A stretch of 64,000 nt of DNA from NCBI GenBank assembly GCA_025594325.1, contig JANHCV010000006.1:558001-622000 (forward strand), read 5' to 3'. Shown here one piece after another: positions 42,079 to 49,652 of this stretch. The notes beneath the pieces are model-generated. The model had not been told where the DNA came from and searched no databases. It was given only the letters and a program-made list of their open reading frames with translations. How positions within the stretch are numbered: position 1 is the stretch's first letter; each line of letters begins with the position of its first letter. The translations under genes and the position numbers were made by a program. The stretch comes from Blastocladiella emersonii ATCC 22665 (taxonomy: Eukaryota > Fungi > Blastocladiomycota).

Positions 42079-43155
42079 ATGATAACGCCGGCACAGTTCC
42101 TCGAAAAGCTGGCGACGTTTGACGTTGCGGCCATTGTCCCCGAGTACCAGCTCGCGCCGTGGCGCGACCTGGTCATGCCGTACGAGGACAAAGCCAAGCT
42201 CGTCTTCCTCGCGCTCAACGTCGCCAGCGACTACTGGCAACTGGGCGTGTCGACCGAGGCCCGCGCGGTCGCGGCCGAGCGGCGCGCCGAGACGGCGGAG
42301 CGCCGCGCGTATGCGCTCGAGGTCGAGCTGCGGCAGACGCAGCAGAGCCAGCCGCTCAACGGTATCCTGCAGGGCGAGCTCGACAGCATCCAGGTCAGCA
42401 GCGCGCGCGGGCCGGGCGTGGGCGTTGATGGCTTCACGCCGGCCGCGATGCACGCGCTGATGCGCATGAATTCGGTTGACGGCGTCAACTTCAAGGTCAA
42501 GAGCGCCATCACGCAGTACGAGAGCATCCTCCAGCTCACGTTCAACGTCCCGGAGAAGTTCAAGATTGCGCACTTCCACGGCAAGCTGACGGGCAAGGTG
42601 CTCGAGGCCGTGGAGCTGGCGATGGCCGGGTCCAAGTTTGAGGACTACGGCTCGTTCAACGCCTACATCTCCCTCGTCAAGTCAACGCAGCCGGCCGAGA
42701 AGTCGGAGACCGAGTACGCGCACGAGCTCAAGAACCTCAAGTACGTGCGCGGCGCCATGCCGGCGCGCGATTTCGTCTCCAAGTTCCGCCAGACCGCGTC
42801 CGGTGCAGGCTACCGCGCGCTCAGCGAGCTGGCGATGCAGTTCTACCTGGTGGTCACGGCCGGCAACTCGCCGCTGGCCGCGGACGTGGCCTTCGCCTCG
42901 CTGCGCAAGGGCTACCGTTTCGACAAGATGGTCGAGCACTTCCTGGTGCACGAGGGCGGGGCGACGGGCGTCGCGGCCGAGCTCGTCCCGGACCCGGACG
43001 CCATGGACGTTGGCGCGATTCGGCAGCGGGCGGCGGCGCACCAGGGCCGCGCCCTCACCGACATCAAGTGCTACAACTGCAAGGGCTACGGCCACAAGGC
43101 GGCTGATTGCCCGTCGCCCCCGCGCTCGTCGTCGGGAAACGCCAGTCGGGCGTAG
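42079..43155 (+). CDS. gag: Gag with CCHC zinc knuckle
   Basis: CYNCKGYGHKAADC knuckle at the C-terminus; start codon uncertain (first ATG after the LTR used). Confidence 0.85.
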   Translation: MITPAQFLEKLATFDVAAIVPEYQLAPWRDLVMPYEDKAKLVFLALNVASDYWQLGVSTEARAVAAERRAETAERRAYALEVELRQTQQSQPLNGILQGELDSIQVSSARGPGVGVDGFTPAAMHALMRMNSVDGVNFKVKSAITQYESILQLTFNVPEKFKIAHFHGKLTGKVLEAVELAMAGSKFEDYGSFNAYISLVKSTQPAEKSETEYAHELKNLKYVRGAMPARDFVSKFRQTASGAGYRALSELAMQFYLVVTAGNSPLAADVAFASLRKGYRFDKMVEHFLVHEGGATGVAAELVPDPDAMDVGAIRQRAAAHQGRALTDIKCYNCKGYGHKAADCPSPPRSSSGNASRA

Positions 43156-46100
43156 CGGAGCAGGCCGCGACGTCCTCGAAGCCAAAACCTGCGGATTTGG
43201 GTGGTACAACGGCGATGGCCACGGCGGCCGCCGCCGCGGATAAGATGTCGGTGCCCGCCGACAAGAAGAAAAAAATGAACAAAAAGAAGAAACAAAACAT
43301 GAATGATAAGAAGACTAATGGAAAATCTGTTGCTGCGTACTTTGGTGCACTTGTGCGTCTAGAGATGGCGCAGGACCACCTGCACCTCGGCGGGCTCCTC
43401 GCGCATCCAGGGCTCCGCACGGCGCCGATCCCGACGTTCATGATGCTCGACACGGGCGCGCCGGTTAACCTGATCAGCCGCAGGGTGGCCGAGCAGGCCG
43501 GGCTCGTGCCGAAGCGCCTAGCGCGTCGCATCGACCTCCGCGGTGTCGTCGGTTCCGCGCCGGGCCAGCGCTAGTACATCTCGCATTACGTGCACGCGGC
43601 CGTGTCCGTCACGTCGCCCGAGTTCCTGCACGCGGCGGTCGCGGGATCCCAAACCGTGTTCGCGGACGGCGTCGTGCCTCCCGGCGACGCGTCCAAGCAG
43701 AAGCGCGTGGTGGGAGACGCGGGTCGCGCCATCGACATTCCGTGCCTTCATTGCTCGGTCGCGCGCTTCCTCGTCGTCGACTCTCCCGCGTTTCCGGTGA
43801 TCATGGGACTCGAATGGATGGTCGCGAACGGCGCGAAGCCGGATCCGCGCTCGGCCACGGTCGCGATTGACGGCGCGTGCACTGGTCGCTGCGGGTGCCC
43901 GCCCGCCCAGCGCGTCACGGTGGCCACGGTCGCACCGCGCGTCGACCTCGACCCGCTCGCGTGGGACGAGGCACACGGCCCGCCCGAGGCGCCAGATGAC
44001 GCGGCGCCGAAGCGCGTGCTGCCCGCCAAGTACCTCAAGTGGGCGCACGTCTTCGATGCCGCCGCGGCGTCCGCGCTCCCGCCGCACCGACCGTACGACT
44101 GCGAGATCGAGCTCGTCGAGGGCGCCAAGGTGCCGTTCCTGCCCGTCTACGCCCTGTCGCAGCCCGAACTCGAGGAGCTGCGCAAGACCATCGACGAGAA
44201 CCTCGCGCGCGGCTTCATCCGCCCATCGCGGTCGCCAGCCGGCGCGCCGATCATGTTCGTGCCCAAGAAGGACGGGTCGCGCCGCATGTGTGTGGACTAC
44301 CGCCGCCTCAACGCGCTGACGGTCAAGAACCGCTACGCGCTGCCGCTCATCGCGGAGCTCATGAACCAAGTGCAGGGCGCGCGCATCTTCACCAAGTTCG
44401 ACCTGCGCGGCGCGTACAACCTGGTCCGCATCCGCGAGGGCGACGAGTGGAAGACGGCGTTCCGCACGCGCTACGGACATTATGAATGGATGGTGATGCC
44501 GTTCGGGCTGACCAACGCGCCGGCCGCGTTCCAGGCGTTTGTCAACGACGTGTTCCGCGACCTGCTCGACCGCCGCGGCGTTCTCGTGTACCTGGACGAC
44601 ATCCTCATCTTCAGCGAGGACCCCGAAGAGCACACGGCGCTCGTCAAGGAGGTGCTGCAGCGGCTCGCCGACAACAAGCTGTACGTCAAGCTCGAGAAGT
44701 GCGAATTCGACGTGACGCGCGTCGAGTACCTCGGCCACATCCTGACCACCGAGGGCGTCGAGATGGACCCGGCCAAGGTCCGCGCCGTGACCGAGTGGCC
44801 CGCGCCACGGACGGTCAAGGAGGTGCAGGCGTTCCTGGGCCTCGCCAACTACTACCGCCGCTTCATCCCCGAGTTCTCGGAACTGACCATCCCGCTCACC
44901 CGTCTTACGCAGAAGGACACGCCGTGGCGGTGGGGCGACACCGAGGCGGCGGCCTTTGCGGCCATCAAGACGCGGTTCGCGTCCGACCAGTTCCTCGCGC
45001 ACCCCGACCCCTCAAAACAGTTCATTGTCGAGGCCGACGCGTCCAACTTCGCCATTGGGTGCGTCCTGTCGCAGGTCGACAACGAGGGCACGCTGCGGCC
45101 GGTCGCGTTCCACTCGCGCGCGCTCAAGGCGGCGGAGCTGAATTATCCCATCTTGGATAAGGAGCTGCTCGCCATCAAGGTCGCGTTCGAGATCTGGCGC
45201 CACCACCTCGAGGGCGCGCAGCACCCGGTCGAGGTGTACACGGACCACAAGAACCTCGAGCACTTTCGCACCATGACGGTCGAGTCGCAGCGGCACGCGC
45301 GGTGGGCACTGTTCCTCGAGCGGGTTTCGTTCCGGTTCACGTACCGGCCCGGCGCAATCAACGGGCGCGCCGACGCGCTGTCGCGCCGCGCCGACTACGA
45401 GCTGTTTGACAACCCGATGCTCGGCCGCGCTGTCGTTCCCGCGTCGGCGCTCACGGTGGCCGCCACGGCCGCGGCCAGCGCGCCGCTCGTCGCGGGCACG
45501 CAGGGCGACGACGTGCTCGCCGCGATTCGGGACGGCCTGGCGGAGGACGAGCTCGCGCAGTCGATGCAGCGGAACCCGGGCAAGCACCCGTCGCTCACCA
45601 TGGACCTCGACGGCTTCGTTTGGCGAGACGACCGGCTGTACGTACCGTCGGGCGTCGCGCGCACCCGGGTGATCGAGGAGGCGCACGCGACGCGTGTAGC
45701 CGGTCATTTCGGCGTCCAGCGCACCATCGAGAATCGCGCTCGTACTGGTGGCCCGGGATGCGCAAGGTGATCGAGCGGTTCGTCAAGTCGTGCCTCACCT
45801 GCGCGCGGGCCAAGGTGCCGCGCCACCGGCCTGACGGCGAGCTGCAGCCGCTGCCCACGCCGCCGCGGCCATGGTCGTCGATCTCCATGGACTTCATCAC
45901 GGACCTGCCGCGCAGCAAGGGTCACACCTGCATCATGGTCGTCGTCGATCGGTTCTCCAAGATGACGCACTTCATCCCGCTCGCCGCGCTCCCGACGGCC
46001 GCCACGACCGCCGACGCCTTCATCGAGCACGTGGTGCGGCCGCACGGGCTGCCCGACGACATCGTCTCGGACCGCGGGTCGCAGTTCACGTCGCGGTTCT

Positions 46101-46963
46101 GGTCGGCCATGTGCGAGTCGCTTGAGATCAAGGCCAAGCTCTCGACGGCGTACCACCCGCAGACCGACGGGCAGACCGAGCGCATGAACCAGACCCTCGA
46201 GGTGTACCTGCGCATGTTCGCCAACGAGGACCAGTCGAACTGGGCCGAGCTGCTGCGGTACGCCGAGATGGCCATCAACAACACGGTCAACGAGTCAACG
46301 GGCATGTCGCCGTTCAAGGCCAACTACGCGTTTGACCCGCGGCTCTCGGCCGCGCCAGTTCGGTCGGATCGGGTCCCGTCAGCCGCCGCGCTGGCCGAGC
46401 GCATTGCCGACGTCCAGGGCAAGCTGCGCGAGAAGGTCGAGCGCGCCAAGGAGCTGTACAAGAAGCACGCTGACCGCCGCCGCCGCGAGGGCCCCGACTA
46501 CAAGGTCGGCGACATGGTGCTGCTGAGCACCAAGAACCTGCGCGTCAACGTGCCCAAGGCCAAGCTCGGGCCCAAGTACACGGAGCCGCTCAAGATCGTG
46601 CGCCTCATCCAGAAATCGGCCGTCGAGCTCGAGCTGCCGCCGACCATGGCGCGCGTCCATCCCGTGTTCCACGTCTCGCTCATCAAGCCGATCGACGAGC
46701 ACGACGAGGAGGCGTTCCCGGGCCGCGCGCTGCCGCCGCCAACGCCGTACGCCGTCAACGGGCACGAGGAGTGGACGGTCGAGGCGATCCGCGACGCGCG
46801 CAAGGTCGGCCGCAGCGTCGAGTACCTGCTCAAGTGGCACGGCTGCCCCAAGGACGACAACACCTGGGAGCCGTACGCGAACCTCAAGCACCTCGAGCTG
46901 CTCGCCGAGTTCCACGCGCAGAACCCGTCAAAACCCGACCCGCGGAGGGGGAAGGGGAGATAG
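43134..46963 (+). pseudogene. pol: Pol (protease, RT, RNase H, integrase, chromodomain) with two lesions
   Basis: LDTGA, YLDDILI, EADAS, SISMDFI/SDRGSQF/GQTERMN and EYLLKWHG...TWEP motifs; in-frame TAG at 43572-43574 and a frameshift near 45735-45745. Confidence 0.9.
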
Positions 46964-47137
46964 TGTCACGGTTCAGTGATCCGACGGCTCGGGCTGGTGG
47001 CGCGGGCTGGTGGCGCAGTCCCTCATAAGCCGAGCGTTGCCCTCGCTCTCCCTCTCTCTTGTCATTCGTGATACAATCCTTCATTATCCGGCTAGTCATT
47101 CCTCGTGGCACAAGACCCTCCCCCTCGGCACCTTACA
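46964..47137 (+). repeat. 3' LTR
   Basis: Direct repeat of 41851-42024, preceded by PPT GGAGGGGGAAGGGGAGATAG. Confidence 0.97.
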
Positions 47138-47252
47138 CTCGCTCGAACAGGTCGCGCACTTTGTTTTGGAATCTTCCATTTACAGAACGACAAGTAAAGA
47201 AGAACTGCTTGAATGCGTTTGGCGGTTTAAATACACAGCGCGTGATCACAGT

Positions 47253-47528
47253 ATGGAGACCCTGGACTCGCCCTGTAACAGCTGTGCATGCCAAGTCGAC
47301 GTATTTGATCTACACGCATTCTGTGAATCTTGCGGAGAGCCCATTTGCTGGGCGTGCCTTTATGAGTATGAAGAGTCAATGAGTGGACTTGTGGATGGCT
47401 ATCGCGTAGAAGAGCATTTGGATGACGTGCCTTGTTTGACTTGTATATTTTCTGGAAAGGAGACGCGGGTAGGGAAGCCGAGTGACATTACTCTTCCGGG
47501 ATGTAGAATCGGTGACCTTGAGCGTTGA
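47253..47528 (+). CDS. Small Cys-rich zinc-finger protein (91 aa, four CxxC)
   Basis: METLDSPCNSC...CESC-x4-CWAC...CLTC; divergent from the RING-like gene. The upstream part of the ORF-track call is LTR sequence. Confidence 0.6.
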   Translation: METLDSPCNSCACQVDVFDLHAFCESCGEPICWACLYEYEESMSGLVDGYRVEEHLDDVPCLTCIFSGKETRVGKPSDITLPGCRIGDLER

Positions 47529-47973
47529 GGGCGCGAGCAGCGGCGTGGCGTGCGACTAAGGCTTCTTCGCGGGTTTTGTACGAACCAATGTGTCTTTGAC
47601 GGCCATCTGTCCAGATCATTGCTTGCCATTTACCGTTTCGACGCTGTGTGACTCCAGTCGTAGTGCTTCGCCATTGACTGTTTTGTTGGGCCGAGACGAT
47701 TTCCAAGTTCGCAATCCGATTGTCATCCCGTTTGTGATTAATGTGATTCACTTGTTCTCCTGGAAGTAGTTCGCGGCCAAGGTGGACAGTCATGATAATG
47801 CGATGAACGCTTTGCTTCCGACCTTCGATCAAAACCTGGAGGTACCCTTTGGTATTTTTACTCAACCCAGTCTCTTTAAGCAAGTTGTCCTTCATTCGAA
47901 TGTATATCCGCCCATTCTGAACATCAACAAACCGTTTGCGGAATTCCTTCAACACGATATCTGGCGAACTCAT
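47488..47973 (-). CDS. HNH endonuclease with AP2-like DNA-binding domain
   Basis: VHRII...QVNHINHKRDDNRIANLE (HNH) then GVTQRRNGKWQAMI...HIGSYKTREEA (AP2-like). Confidence 0.88.
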   Translation of the reverse strand: MSSPDIVLKEFRKRFVDVQNGRIYIRMKDNLLKETGLSKNTKGYLQVLIEGRKQSVHRIIMTVHLGRELLPGEQVNHINHKRDDNRIANLEIVSAQQNSQWRSTTTGVTQRRNGKWQAMIWTDGRQRHIGSYKTREEALVARHAAARALNAQGHRFYIPEE

Positions 47974-48215
47974 TATTCTTAGAGTTTCGCGGCACTAAAT
48001 TTGCCAAACGTGACTCGTCAAACGCGATCGCAACATGGACGTAAAGTAGCAATGGGGACTCAGCATCCAGAACGGGGTGGCCAGTCCCGCCCTTTGGACT
48101 GTCGCCGCGCTCTACAATCCATTCCTGTGGTGGCCAGTCACAAGAACGAACCAGAGAACGCGGCGACGGCGTCATTGTTGTTTGATTACACAAATACGCA
48201 AGCAAAATCTCTTTC

Positions 48216-48328
48216 CACACAGCACGCCAAATCGTAAACGCACAAGTCCCAAAAAACTCGTCAGCCGCACACAGCACGCCAAATCGTAAACGCACAAGTC
48301 CCAAAAAACTCGTCAAACCACACAGCAC
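48216..48328. repeat. Tandem ~52-bp repeat (two full copies plus the start of a third)
   Basis: CACACAGCACGCCAAATCGTAAACGCACAAGTCCCAAAAAACTCGTCA at 48216 and 48268; CACACAGCAC again at 48319. Confidence 0.9.
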
Positions 48329-48746
48329 CAAACAAAGGGAGGGCCAGATCCAAGGCATAGTTCGCGACTCCATGCAATGAACCTGGCCAAACCAGTGCAG
48401 AAACTTTTACATGATGGTGCACCACCTATGATCAAGCATCTGCAAAGGGCGAGGAGGGAGTGATGACCGAAGCCATGAGAGAGCGTGGACGAGGCGGGCC
48501 GTACTTGGTTCTTATAGGGGTCTTTCGTTGCAGCAACAAGGCAGTTACTCAACCCGCTATAGGGACGCAAGCAGTGAATCTCCACGCCAAGCCTGCTCAA
48601 TCAAGGCCTTGGTAATGAGCTTGGCAAGCGGTGGGGCGAGGTCGATTATGAACCGCTTGGTCATCGATAATTACATGGGGGTGGCTGGTGATCACGCGTG
48701 GCTTGGTGGACCGACTTTCACTTCACTTCACTTCCACTTTCGCCGC

Positions 48747-48953
48747 CTACTCTATCAACCTACTTGTGTCCCTGTGTCCCTGTGTCCCAGCTAAATATTC
48801 TTTTCTATAAATTTAAGAAAAAAAAGTAACATACTTAGTATGTATGTTGTTTTCAGTTCAAAATACGAGCTACAAGTGAAAGGTGCTGGGACACTGGGAC
48901 ACTGGGACACAGATCGAACCGACCCTCATCGATACTCTCACTGCCTGACTCAC
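48747..48953. repeat. Diverged internal duplicate of the TIR subterminal block
   Basis: Direct repeat of ~49055-49260 (offset 308 bp) with substitutions; TGTCCC/GGGACA triplets retained. Confidence 0.9.
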
Positions 48954-48958
48954 TCGGT

Positions 48959-49570
48959 CCCACAGCTGGATCGCCCAGTGACCTGGAAATCCGCCGCGCC
49001 CGCTTCTCAGATGGCATGGACTATGACGACTGAAACCCACTACCAAATGGCCGTCTACTCTATCAACCTACTTGTGTCCCAGTGTCCCAGTGTCCCAGCT
49101 AAATATTCTTTTTTATAAATTTGAAAAATATAACTAACATACTTAGTTAGTATGCTGTTTTCAGTTCAAAATACGAGCTACAAGTGAAAATCGCTGGGAC
49201 ACTGGGACACAGGGACACACTCTCACCGACCTCACCTATACTCTCACCAACCGACTCACCATTTCCTCACCGCGCCGACGGATTCATAGACGTTTGCCAA
49301 TATCGCCCATGCCCGTCGTGGATTTCAATTCATCGAATAATCGCAAAGTCATTTCGAGACGCGTCGCGGATCAGATGACCGTCACGTGGGCCGCGAGACA
49401 CTTGGAGACGCGTCGACTTATCACGTGAGGACCCTCCGCCACTTCGTGGCTGCGGGCGCGCGCGCATCCCTGGGGATGTTTCTGACGGGCGTCCCCAGGG
49501 ATAGACCTAACCACATCTACCTCTATAGCCATTTAATCCTATCCTGAGGTATCCTTATAAGGATACCTCA
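48959..49570 (-). repeat. Right terminal inverted repeat (~612 bp)
   Basis: Reverse complement of 26225-26835; ends ...GGATACCTCA and is followed by the TSD GTACG. Confidence 0.97.
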
Positions 49571-49652
49571 GTACGCTAATCTATTTCTTTTCTATTTTCT
49601 ACCCGAACGCTATCTGTACACGCGCCGAATGGATCGATCAACCGCGGCGAGG

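Larger units (their letters stand above)
41851..47137 (+). mobile_element. Ty3/gypsy chromovirus LTR retrotransposon nested in the PLV
   Basis: 174-bp TG..CA LTRs, 5-bp TSD CTCGC (41846-41850 and 47138-47142), gag-PR-RT-RH-IN-chromodomain order, polypurine tract at 46944-46963. Confidence 0.97.
41375..47179 (-). pseudogene. Viral RING-like (C4C4) zinc-finger/coiled-coil gene split by the retrotransposon (170 aa when rejoined)
   Basis: Joining 47179-47138 to 41845-41375 restores one frame: MEDSKTKCATCSSE|PPTGRLKQCQGCGVEVCKICLKRVTKLCPVC; TGTAAATG start. Confidence 0.85.
26225..49570. mobile_element. Endogenous Polinton-like virus (integrated dsDNA virus)
   Basis: TIRs, TG...CA termini, 5-bp TSD GTACG (26220-26224 and 49571-49575), visibly lower GC than the host, compact intronless genes: MCP, minor capsid, A32-like ATPase, rve integrase, SF3 helicase. 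Confidence 0.93.

Noticed and set aside
43572-43574. Programmed stop-codon readthrough in pol
   Set aside because: The TAG lies inside the protease region and lacks a known readthrough context; treated as a lesion.
26225-49570. Classical Maverick/Polinton transposon
   Set aside because: No protein-primed PolB or recognisable adenain-like protease ORF between the TIRs; the gene set fits a PLV better.
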